64,000 bases of DNA from an uncultured Anaerolineales bacterium (GTDB taxonomy: Bacteria; Chloroflexota; Anaerolineae; Anaerolineales; E44-bin32), in assembly GCA_965603565.1 (NCBI GenBank), contig CBFDDM010000001.1:7299-71298 (forward strand), written 5' to 3'. Under the pieces are notes generated by a model. It saw only the letters and a program-made list of their open reading frames with translations, had not been told where the DNA came from and searched no databases. A program made the position numbers and the translations under genes. Shown here in pieces: positions 37,097 through 45,243 of this stretch; the stretch's first letter is position 1; each line of letters begins with the position of its first letter.

Positions 37097-37112
37097 TGTG
37101 ACATGCGTCACA
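37097..37112. promoter_or_regulatory. perfect CRP-type site TGTGA-CATGCG-TCACA
   Basis: Read directly. Part of the 20-bp palindrome CATGTGAC-ATGC-GTCACATG (37095..37114). Its centre is ~30 nt upstream of the candidate -10. Confidence 0.5.
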
Positions 37113-37185
37113 TGCTGGCTTGTGATTCGTCACGGGAGCGCGATAAATCAAGCGGTTTGGTTATAGACAGGACTGTTCGAAGGGT

Positions 37186-38280
37186 TTATTGGGGTGGCTG
37201 GTTCAGGTTGACCGGCGTGGGGGCTGGCAACACGTCGAAACCGTCCCGGCCGTAGAAATTGACGACATTCACTCGACCGGGTTCGAGCCAGAATTGAGCG
37301 CTGAACGAGTGGCCGACAAAATTATACGTGATCTCATACGGGCCGGCGGGAAGGTCGCTGATGGCATAATTCTCGTGGTAGTAATCGTCGGCGTGGATCG
37401 TGTCCTCGCGCGCGTAGGTCCAGACATTCCAGCGCCGTTCGGTGTCCAGCGAACGAATTTGAACCATGACCTCCGGCAGCAGGCGGTTCCACGAGTCCTC
37501 GATTCGCCCGACGAGCACGCCGAATCCCTCCGGAGGCACGATCCACAGCTCGGGGTTGCGGGTGCTGAAATAGCGATTCTCGCCCAGGCGCACCTCGAAG
37601 TGCAAATGGGGACCGCTGGCATCGCCTGTTTCACCGACCTGCCCGAGCACCTCGCCGCTCTCGACGCGCTGCCCCCGCCATACGTACACCTCGCTCAAGT
37701 GAGCGTAAGCCGTATAGAGCGGCTGTCCGTCATAACCGAAATCATGTTTGATAGCCACGGACAACCCGTAAGGGTCGGTCTCGTCCTCGACCCCCCGGTA
37801 GAGCCCGTAACCAGCCCATACGACCTCGCCTGGACCTGCGGCCAGGACCGGGGCATAGCGCGAAGCGGACATGTCGATTCCGGTGTGCAGGTCTTCCAAA
37901 CCCAACAGCGTGCTTCCATAGCGGTACTGCGGGTTGGGCCAGTTAACTTCATCGGAAGCGATCGGGCGGCTGAGGTAAAAATGATCCTGAGGCGTAAGCG
38001 CCCATGGGACCGGATAGGGCGGCGGTCGCCAGCCCATTTCAGGTTCCGGCACCGCAGTTGGAAACGTGACTGGCTGCGGGGCGGCCGGCACGACCGCCTC
38101 GAGCCGCGCGCCTCGATCGGTGGCGGGCGTGCTGACCGATTCACTCTCAACAGAGACGGCCGTCGGCGTGACCGCCATAAACGCCGAGACTTCAAGTGTG
38201 TTGGGCGCTTGCGGACCCGCGCAGGCAGATAACATTAAGGCCAGGCTGAGAGCGAGAATGATCCAGTGATTACATCGCAT
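37186..38280 (-). CDS. M23 family metallopeptidase, lipoprotein-type signal
   Basis: LSACAG lipobox. HTGIDM (HxxxD) and GPHLHFEV (HxH). Confidence 0.8.
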   Translation of the reverse strand: MRCNHWIILALSLALMLSACAGPQAPNTLEVSAFMAVTPTAVSVESESVSTPATDRGARLEAVVPAAPQPVTFPTAVPEPEMGWRPPPYPVPWALTPQDHFYLSRPIASDEVNWPNPQYRYGSTLLGLEDLHTGIDMSASRYAPVLAAGPGEVVWAGYGLYRGVEDETDPYGLSVAIKHDFGYDGQPLYTAYAHLSEVYVWRGQRVESGEVLGQVGETGDASGPHLHFEVRLGENRYFSTRNPELWIVPPEGFGVLVGRIEDSWNRLLPEVMVQIRSLDTERRWNVWTYAREDTIHADDYYHENYAISDLPAGPYEITYNFVGHSFSAQFWLEPGRVNVVNFYGRDGFDVLPAPTPVNLNQPPQ

Positions 38281-38491
38281 TTATTTCAATCTTTTGGCTC
38301 CACATTCGCTTGCGGGAGCAACCCTATCTTCATCGATCGGCATCGGTACGCCAATAGGAATCCGGCGCCATCGACCATCATACACGCATTTTAACTTGCA
38401 AGAAGGATGCCGCCCGCAAGTGCCGGGAGCGAAGAATCCAATCTCTTGACCGTCACTCGCCCGGCTGATACTATCTCCTCCTGGAGCAAAG

Positions 38492-39589
38492 ATGAACAAG
38501 CAGATTCGCATGGCCAAAAATAGAATCTCGGGCCGGCACGTCGTGACCGCATTCGCCTTTCTGTTGCTGATCGCGCTGGCTCTTTCCGCTTGTGCTCAAA
38601 GCGCCGAACCGAAACAAGCCGTCGAGGGAAACGTACCGACCGATGTTGATATAGCTGTCAGCGCTGAACCCACGCTGGACCCAGAACTGCTGCCCGAATT
38701 CGAAGTGGCTCAACCTGCGGCAGGCGTGCAACGCAGCATCGATTTGCACACCGTCATCCCCGATCGCCCGCGCATGGACATCATCAAATACCTCGTGCAG
38801 CGCGGCGATACGCTCTTCGGGATTGCGGGACGTTTTGGCATCGAGCCGGAGACGGTTTTGTGGGGCAACTGGGATACGCTTGAGCAGGATCCTCATACGC
38901 TCCAGCCCGGACAGGAACTATTTATCCCGCCCGTCGATGGTGTGCTCTATCAATGGGAGGCAGGCAAGAGCCTCAACGAGGTCGCCGATAGCTTCCACGC
39001 TTCCACCCAGGAGATCATCGAGTGGCCCGGTAACGATATCCCGATCGGCACCGATTTCTCCAACCCCGAGATCGAACCCGGTCAGCTGGTGCTGATTCCG
39101 GACGGCCGCCGTGATCCGCCCAGTTGGCAGATGGTCAGCATCACGCGCAGCAACCCGGCAGCGGCCAGCATCCTGGGACCCGGCTATTGTGGCTCAGTTT
39201 ACAGCGGCTTGATCGGGGACGGGTTCTTCGATTGGCCAACATCATCGACCTGGCAATCTGGCTACGGTTACACCCCCGGACTGCATGAGGCCATCGACCT
39301 GGGCGGTTCGACCGGCAACGCCATCTACGCCGCCGATGATGGCGTGGTTGTGTACTCGGGCTGGAACAACTACGGCTACGGCTACGTGATCGTCATCGAT
39401 CACGGCACCGGCTGGCAGACGCTCTATGCCCACCTCAACTCGATTAATTATGGTTGTGGGGATTCGGTTGCGCAGGGCACCGTCATCGGGGGAATGGGTT
39501 CCACCGGCAACTCGACCGGGACACACCTGCACTTCGAGATGCGCAGCGATATCTATGGTCGCGTGAACCCTTATAATTTCCTGCCCTGA
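38492..39589 (+). CDS. LysM domain-containing M23 family metallopeptidase
   Basis: Two LysM-like segments (YLVQRGDTLFGIAGRFG, YQWEAGKSLNEVADSF). HEAIDL and GTHLHFEM. Confidence 0.85.
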   Translation: MNKQIRMAKNRISGRHVVTAFAFLLLIALALSACAQSAEPKQAVEGNVPTDVDIAVSAEPTLDPELLPEFEVAQPAAGVQRSIDLHTVIPDRPRMDIIKYLVQRGDTLFGIAGRFGIEPETVLWGNWDTLEQDPHTLQPGQELFIPPVDGVLYQWEAGKSLNEVADSFHASTQEIIEWPGNDIPIGTDFSNPEIEPGQLVLIPDGRRDPPSWQMVSITRSNPAAASILGPGYCGSVYSGLIGDGFFDWPTSSTWQSGYGYTPGLHEAIDLGGSTGNAIYAADDGVVVYSGWNNYGYGYVIVIDHGTGWQTLYAHLNSINYGCGDSVAQGTVIGGMGSTGNSTGTHLHFEMRSDIYGRVNPYNFLP

Positions 39590-39623
39590 TCCAAAGGCAA
39601 ATCTTATTAATCCTTTACTTATG

Positions 39624-39653
39624 CGTATGGGCGGCCGGCCGGCCGCCCATACG
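39624..39653 (+). terminator. GC-rich hairpin terminator after the LysM-M23 gene
   Basis: Perfect 30-bp palindrome CGTATGGGCGGCCGG|CCGGCCGCCCATACG followed by ATTTTAAT. Confidence 0.65.
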
Positions 39654-39712
39654 ATTTTAATATCTCCCTGAACCGTCGGGGCGGGGTGACCCCCCGACAA
39701 GACCGTCGAAAC

Positions 39713-42166
39713 CTAATTTTGACAGCCCTGGTCCTGCACCGTCGGCCGCTGCGAAGCCCCGGTGGCGTTGAACGCTTCCACGCCGTACGTGTGCGGCGCG
39801 CCGGAGGGCGGCTCCTCGGTGAAACTGGTCGTGTTGGCTGCGAGCGTGGCGATCAGCGTTCCATCGCGGTACACACGGTAGCCCTCCTCGTTATCCGCTT
39901 GATCGATCCATGTGAGCGTAAGCGCATAGCGCTTCTCGTTGCACATCCAATCTGCGATGCGCAGGCGCGCCGGGGCATCCGGTGGCGGTATTGGGACCGG
40001 CGTAGGCGGAGCCTGTACGATCGGCAGTTGATCTACCGGACCAAATGTCTCCACGGTGCTGTCCGCAAACCAGCACTGGAACCCGAGGGCGCGGTCCTCG
40101 CCCAGCCACCAGAGCGGCAGGCTCGGATCCGACCGCCCGACGAGGTCGACCTCCGCGCCGGGCTCATACCCCGTGACCGTATCGTAGATCGTGTCAGGAC
40201 CCTTGCGGCAGAAGGCGTTCTTGACAAAGCGCGCATAAGGTTCGATCTCGGCTGTGCTTGTGACCGTCGGCGTCGGTGGAACGAACCCGGGCGGGAGCGG
40301 AATGAAGCCCTCCTCACCATAGTAATCACAGATATCGATGCCCGCAGTGGTCTGCCCGGCCTGGACCTGGAATTGGATCAAGCTGTGATCCGTGCAGTTG
40401 ACCGTAAGGCCACAGGACACCGCCTGCGTATACGCTCCGCCGATCAAATAGTCTGGCGGTCGCCATGCGTAGGCGATGTACGTGCCGGGAGGAACATCGA
40501 CGCTGTAGTCCATCGTTCCGCCCGGGTGCGATAACTGCTCGACCTTTTGCGTGTTGACCTCTTCGAAGAACAAATCCATGGGAGGCACGCCTTCGGAGGG
40601 ATAGCAGATCAAGCCCTCGATCGTTCCCGGGAGAGGGACCGGCGTAATCGTGATCGGAGCGATACCTTCCATCTCGATCGCGCCCCGATCACAGCCCGCC
40701 CCTTGTGGTCGCGAGACGGAACGCTGATCCTCGGCGATGCACCGATCGGGATCGCCGCTGTCGATCGCCGGGCTTCCCGGGCTGAGCAGGTGGCTTAAGC
40801 CGTTCCCGCCGTTCGATGCCAGCGGTGCCAGCAGTGGATCGGTGCTCACAAGATCAGATGATTCGATAAAGTCACAGGTATCCTGTTCCTCGATGTTAAA
40901 GCCCAAAGAAGGGTTCATCGGTGTGCTGCCGGTGCAGTTGCCCATGGCGTGGTAGGCGACCGCGCTGCTGCGGATGGTCATCGTCCCGCCGGCGTCATTG
41001 CGCAGTCCATCGCGGTTGTTGTAGGCCACGGTCACGAATTCGAGCCGTAGATCGCCGATGTTGAACACGCCCGAGCCTCCCGGAAGGCCCGGAGGTGCGT
41101 CGATCATGTTCCCGCTGACGGTCGTGTTCCGCATAAGCAGCGCGCCAGTCACATCGTTATATGCGCCGCCACCCATCCCACCGAAGGCGGTATTGTTGTT
41201 GACGCTGCTCTTGTAGAGATGCGTCAAACCCTGATTGAAAACCGCTGCGCCTGCCGCAGCGTTGTTATTCGTAAACCAGGCTTCATAAAGAATGGAATTG
41301 GCGTCCTCCAGGGTGATCAACCCGCCGCCGTTCAGTCCAGCGACGTTCTGCTCGAACGTGATCATTGTGGCGCCCAGTTGACCATCGTTGTAGATACCCG
41401 CGCCGTGCACGGCGGCCTCGTTGATGCGGAATTCGACGTTTTCCAACGTGGCTTCTGAAGCGAAATTATTCCACAGACCGCCGCCGCTGCCGGTAACAAC
41501 GTTGTCCTCGATGAGCACATTTGTGGCAAACAGCTCGGCTGTGGCGAAGTTCTCGACGCCGCCGCCGTGATCGGCGCGGTTGCTGAACACCTGTGAATCG
41601 ATCAACGTCAGCGTTCCCGCCTCGTTAAAAATGCCACCTCCGGCCGATGAGCCAACCCCGCCGGGAGGGACTTCAGCGACATTATTATTAATCGAGCTGT
41701 TGGTGATCGTGAGATTCCCGTGATTGCGGATGCCGCCGCCCATCTGGCTCCATCCGTTGTTTATGATCAACAGATCGAGCTCTACCGTCGCGCCGCTGTG
41801 GACTTCGATCGTACGATCAGCGTTCTCCCCACTGATAGACGGTGCCCCGGTGCCCAGAATGGTTAGATCGTCGGTGATGTCCAGATCGCCGGTGGCATTG
41901 GCATCTTCTCCTGCACCTGCCAGTGTCAACGTGTAGCCTCCCGCGGGCAGGTTGATCGTCTGTGCCCCCGCGCAGGCGTTGGCGTTGTCGATCGCTTCAC
42001 GCAGAGAGCAATCGGGTCCATCACAAACCCCATCGTTTGTATCGACCGTCTTTGTGACGTTATAGACTGGCGTACACACCGGCGAAGGCGTGCAGCCCAC
42101 CAGAGATAGCCCAAGGGCTACAGCAATCGAGAATACCGTCAGACGCAGCTTGTTTGGGGAAGCCAT
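39713..42166 (-). CDS. large secreted right-handed beta-helix protein with CSLREA motif, Pmp-like repeats and C-terminal fibronectin-III-like domain
   Basis: Lipobox LSLVGC. DGVCDGPDCSLREAIDNAN. Repeated GGG(I/L)xN ... N turns. C-terminal region ...YRVYRDG... Confidence 0.75.
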   Translation of the reverse strand: MASPNKLRLTVFSIAVALGLSLVGCTPSPVCTPVYNVTKTVDTNDGVCDGPDCSLREAIDNANACAGAQTINLPAGGYTLTLAGAGEDANATGDLDITDDLTILGTGAPSISGENADRTIEVHSGATVELDLLIINNGWSQMGGGIRNHGNLTITNSSINNNVAEVPPGGVGSSAGGGIFNEAGTLTLIDSQVFSNRADHGGGVENFATAELFATNVLIEDNVVTGSGGGLWNNFASEATLENVEFRINEAAVHGAGIYNDGQLGATMITFEQNVAGLNGGGLITLEDANSILYEAWFTNNNAAAGAAVFNQGLTHLYKSSVNNNTAFGGMGGGAYNDVTGALLMRNTTVSGNMIDAPPGLPGGSGVFNIGDLRLEFVTVAYNNRDGLRNDAGGTMTIRSSAVAYHAMGNCTGSTPMNPSLGFNIEEQDTCDFIESSDLVSTDPLLAPLASNGGNGLSHLLSPGSPAIDSGDPDRCIAEDQRSVSRPQGAGCDRGAIEMEGIAPITITPVPLPGTIEGLICYPSEGVPPMDLFFEEVNTQKVEQLSHPGGTMDYSVDVPPGTYIAYAWRPPDYLIGGAYTQAVSCGLTVNCTDHSLIQFQVQAGQTTAGIDICDYYGEEGFIPLPPGFVPPTPTVTSTAEIEPYARFVKNAFCRKGPDTIYDTVTGYEPGAEVDLVGRSDPSLPLWWLGEDRALGFQCWFADSTVETFGPVDQLPIVQAPPTPVPIPPPDAPARLRIADWMCNEKRYALTLTWIDQADNEEGYRVYRDGTLIATLAANTTSFTEEPPSGAPHTYGVEAFNATGASQRPTVQDQGCQN

Positions 42167-42283
42167 TAAGAACTCCTTTTGTCAACGATCCATGCTCGGA
42201 TGTCCTGGACTGAAAGCCAGTGTTATCCTTGTAACGTGCTTGACCGTGGATTTGTGACAGGTACATAATGAATTAAGCCATTA

Positions 42284-42299
42284 TGTGAAATATTTCACA
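42284..42299. promoter_or_regulatory. perfect CRP-type site TGTGA-AATATT-TCACA
   Basis: Read directly (full palindrome ATGTGAAATATTTCACAT). Lies in the 223-bp AT-rich divergent region between the beta-helix gene and the remnant/permease genes. Confidence 0.5.
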
Positions 42300-42389
42300 T
42301 GGCGGCAATGTACAGGATACATCCATTATTACTTGGCTGCGAATTCTACGCAGTTCGCTGGAAAGCAATAGCCAGGGTACATTCTTCCC

Positions 42390-42626
42390 ATGCCGGAAAG
42401 ATACCGATCTTCATTGCGCGATGCTTCTCTTCTCGTTCCTGATTTGATCTACTTGAATCACGGATCGTTCGGCGCCTGCCCACGCCCTTTGATAGAGGTC
42501 TATCAGGCGCGGCAGCGACACCGGGCGCGCGCTGGGCGAAGTGCTACCGGCCCGACGATTTTGATCATGCTCGCTGGCTGCCGCGACTTGACCACCGTCT
42601 CGCTTCCAATGACAATGCGCACATGA
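42390..42626 (+). pseudogene. remnant of the N-terminus of a class V aminotransferase-fold (isopenicillin-N-epimerase-like) gene
   Basis: PDLIYLNHGSFGACPRPLIEVYQARQR matches the conserved N-terminus of that family. It then degenerates into Arg/Ala-rich sequence and stops after 78 codons. Confidence 0.45.
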
Positions 42627-43159
42627 GATTCCGGCGACCGGACTGGACGACGATCTTCATTGCTGCAGTTGCTGTCTTGATGGGAGTGCTTGCCTACCGT
42701 CAGGGTGGGTCCGAGTTGGTGCTGCGCGGCCTGCAGATCGGCGGCAAGACGCTGCTCGATGTGACCATCCTGCTTCTGGCGGCATTTCTTGTCGCCGGCC
42801 TCACCCAGGTGCTGGTCCCGCGTGATGTCATCGAGCGCTGGCTCGGTGTGGGTTCGGGCTGGCGAGGAATCTTCTTGGCCTGCCTGGCTGGTGCGCTGAT
42901 GCCGGGTGGACCTTACGTCTACTATCCCATCGCCGGTGGACTGCTTAAATCCGGCGCAAGCCTGGGCGTCCTGGTGGCATTCGTGACCGCCAAGAACCTA
43001 TGGTCGGTCTCGCGTCTGCCCTATGAATTCGCCCTGCTTGGCCCCGATCTCACGCTGCTGCGCTACGCTTTGACTTTTATTTTCCCGCCGCTCATCGGCT
43101 TCCTGGCTGAGGCGCTCTTTGGCGGATGGCTGGCTCGTATCCGCACGGCGGCAGCATGA
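42623..43159 (+). CDS. permease half-protein (COG0701/ArsP-like two-gene permease, subunit 1)
   Basis: GALMPGGPYVYYPIAGGLLKSGASLGVLVAFV. Confidence 0.7.
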   Translation: MRFRRPDWTTIFIAAVAVLMGVLAYRQGGSELVLRGLQIGGKTLLDVTILLLAAFLVAGLTQVLVPRDVIERWLGVGSGWRGIFLACLAGALMPGGPYVYYPIAGGLLKSGASLGVLVAFVTAKNLWSVSRLPYEFALLGPDLTLLRYALTFIFPPLIGFLAEALFGGWLARIRTAAA

Positions 43160-43635
43160 CCCAGGCGACATTAACCCTCGTCTTGATCGCGCTGGTGCTG
43201 GTCCTCATCGCCTGGCGACAGAGCACCGAGAAGCTCAAGCTCGGCGTTCAGCTCGGATGGTCGACCCTCAAGCGTACCCTCCCCGTCCTGCTGCTGGCGT
43301 TTATCATCGTGGGTTTTGTCAACGCGCTCGCACCGCAATCTCTGGTGCGCGCCTGGATCGGACCCGATTCTGGCCTGCAGGGTGTCTTGATCGGAACGCT
43401 GGCAGGAATGCTGCTTCCGGGTGGACCCTACGTCGTTTTCCCGTTGATCGCCACGCTGTACCAGTCAGGAGCCGGGCTCGGGCCGACCCTGGCGATGATC
43501 ACCTCATGGGCCACCATCGCACTCCTAACGGTATCCTTTGAGCTGCCCTTCATGGGCTGGAGATTCTCGCTGATCCGGCTCGGGCTGGGTATTCTCATTC
43601 CACTGGGAGTCGGTTTCGTCGGCATCCTGCTCTGA
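43126..43635 (+). CDS. permease half-protein (COG0701/ArsP-like two-gene permease, subunit 2)
   Basis: GMLLPGGPYVVFPLIATLYQSGAGLGPTLAMI is paralogous to the preceding gene. 34-nt overlap. Confidence 0.7.
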   Translation: MAGSYPHGGSMTQATLTLVLIALVLVLIAWRQSTEKLKLGVQLGWSTLKRTLPVLLLAFIIVGFVNALAPQSLVRAWIGPDSGLQGVLIGTLAGMLLPGGPYVVFPLIATLYQSGAGLGPTLAMITSWATIALLTVSFELPFMGWRFSLIRLGLGILIPLGVGFVGILL

Positions 43636-43840
43636 ACTCAGCGCCCCGGTGTGCAGCCAACTCCCAACAACCTGTGCACCTGAACATTAATTTCACTCTA
43701 ACACACAGCGAGTATCCTTCTAAAACACAACAAAAACTGAAAGTGAGGCGCATGATGCCTGCTTTTATGCGCTTTTGCAGACAAGCTATCGGCAATGATT
43801 TTGCTGATTCCGTACCTGACGGAAAAAAGGAGCAAACAAC

Positions 43841-45040
43841 ATGAAAGTACGAAATAAACACCACGTATTTGCCCTGAGCCTATTCATATCTCTGGCGCTC
43901 ATTCTGGGCGCATGCGCGCCTGCGAGCCAACCTGAGACACTCACCGAAACCCCAAATGAGGTTGTCTTCGTCGATGAAATGGGCGACCTGCTCGCCGATC
44001 TCTACGAGCGCGTCAACCCCGCTGTTGTCAACATTCAGGTTGCACAATCGGTTTCACTTGGTGGCCAGATACCGGAAGATCACCCTGATCTTCCTGACTT
44101 CCCAGAGCTTCCTGATGATCAATTCCAATTCGGTCAGGGATCCGGTTTCGTCTGGGACGCGCAGGGACATATCGTCACGAACTACCACGTCGTCGATCAG
44201 GCTGAGCGCGTCAACGTGACCTTTTCGGATGGTCTCACGCTGGAAGCCGAGATCATCGGCACCGACCCGGACAGCGATCTGGCTGTGATTCGTGTTGAAC
44301 CTCTCCCGGAAAACATCGAGCCGCTTGACCTGGCTCAGTCCAGGGATCTGCGGGTGGGCGAATCGGTCATCGCGATCGGCAACCCCTTCGGACTTGAGGG
44401 CACCATGACCACCGGCATCGTCAGCGCACTCGGGCGTTCGCTGCCCTCACAGGCACGCACTGCAGATGGCAGTCGGTTTAATATCCCCAACATCATCCAG
44501 ACTGACGCGGCGATAAACCCCGGCAACTCCGGTGGCCCGCTTCTTGATTACACCGGGCGTGTCATCGGCGTCAACACTGCCATCGAATCGCCCGTGCGCC
44601 AGTTTTCAGGAGTTGGCTACGCCGTGCCGTCCGATATCATCGCCAAGATCGTGCCGGCGTTGATTGAGGATGGCCGCTACCCACATCCCTGGCTAGGGCT
44701 CGCCGGCCGTACGCTCACACCCGGCATCCGCGAGGCGATGGATCTCGAGCCCACACAGACTGGCATCCTGGTGATCTCTGTCGCTGAGGACGGCCCTTCC
44801 GATAAATCCGGATTGACGGGCAGCGATGAGGAGGTTCGCATTGACGGCTTCCCTACACTGGTGGGCGGCGACATCATCGTCGCCATTGATGGTCAGGAGA
44901 TCCGCGAGTTTGACGACCTGCTCTCCTACCTTGTGGAGAACACCGTCGTCGGACAGGATATCACCCTGACCGTGCTTCGTGACGGCGAGACGCTTGAGCT
45001 CGAAGCGACCCTCGGCGAGCGGCCAACCACTAATCTTTAG
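43841..45040 (+). CDS. HtrA/DegP-family (S1C) serine protease with PDZ domain
   Basis: GSGFVWD..GHIVTNYHVV, DSDLAVI, GNSGGPLLD catalytic triad context. C-terminal PDZ-like segment. AAGGAG RBS. Confidence 0.9.
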   Translation: MKVRNKHHVFALSLFISLALILGACAPASQPETLTETPNEVVFVDEMGDLLADLYERVNPAVVNIQVAQSVSLGGQIPEDHPDLPDFPELPDDQFQFGQGSGFVWDAQGHIVTNYHVVDQAERVNVTFSDGLTLEAEIIGTDPDSDLAVIRVEPLPENIEPLDLAQSRDLRVGESVIAIGNPFGLEGTMTTGIVSALGRSLPSQARTADGSRFNIPNIIQTDAAINPGNSGGPLLDYTGRVIGVNTAIESPVRQFSGVGYAVPSDIIAKIVPALIEDGRYPHPWLGLAGRTLTPGIREAMDLEPTQTGILVISVAEDGPSDKSGLTGSDEEVRIDGFPTLVGGDIIVAIDGQEIREFDDLLSYLVENTVVGQDITLTVLRDGETLELEATLGERPTTNL

Positions 45041-45067
45041 CCTCTACACACAGCTTGTAGAAGACTC

Positions 45068-45104
45068 CACAAGGGCATGGACTTTCATGCCCTTGTGTCT
45101 TTTA
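45068..45104 (+). terminator. intrinsic terminator of the HtrA gene
   Basis: CACAAGGGCATG-GACTTT-CATGCCCTTGTG followed by TCTTTTA. Confidence 0.8.
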
Positions 45105-45243
45105 AGGCCGATGGCACAAAAGTCCTCCCTGTGCTGCCTGTAACACTCGCCCATCTCAACCGTTATCTCCTATACAGCGCGATGGTTTGCGCGCAAAAAA
45201 CTTGTTCGGTTGCCTAGGATATTTCCAGAAGGAAGGCTCTGCT

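Noticed and set aside
37058-37111. N-terminal extension (MTHVTCASLHRNLILGQP) of the DtxR ORF
   Set aside because: The ATG at 37111 lies inside the CRP-type palindrome and upstream of the putative -10 and iron boxes. DtxR homologs start close to the ..YLK.. helix.
37189-38232. 347-aa ORF antisense to the M23 peptidase gene
   Set aside because: Same reasoning. The sense strand carries HxxxD/HxH M23 motifs and a lipobox, while the antisense product is Arg/Gly-rich low complexity.
38281-38491. Possible c-di-AMP (ydaO-type) riboswitch upstream of the LysM-M23 peptidase
   Set aside because: This riboswitch class often precedes cell-wall hydrolases, so I looked for it. I could not find its conserved ACCCG...CAGCUAACC-type core on either strand. 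Only a plausible TTGACC-17-TACTAT promoter is visible.
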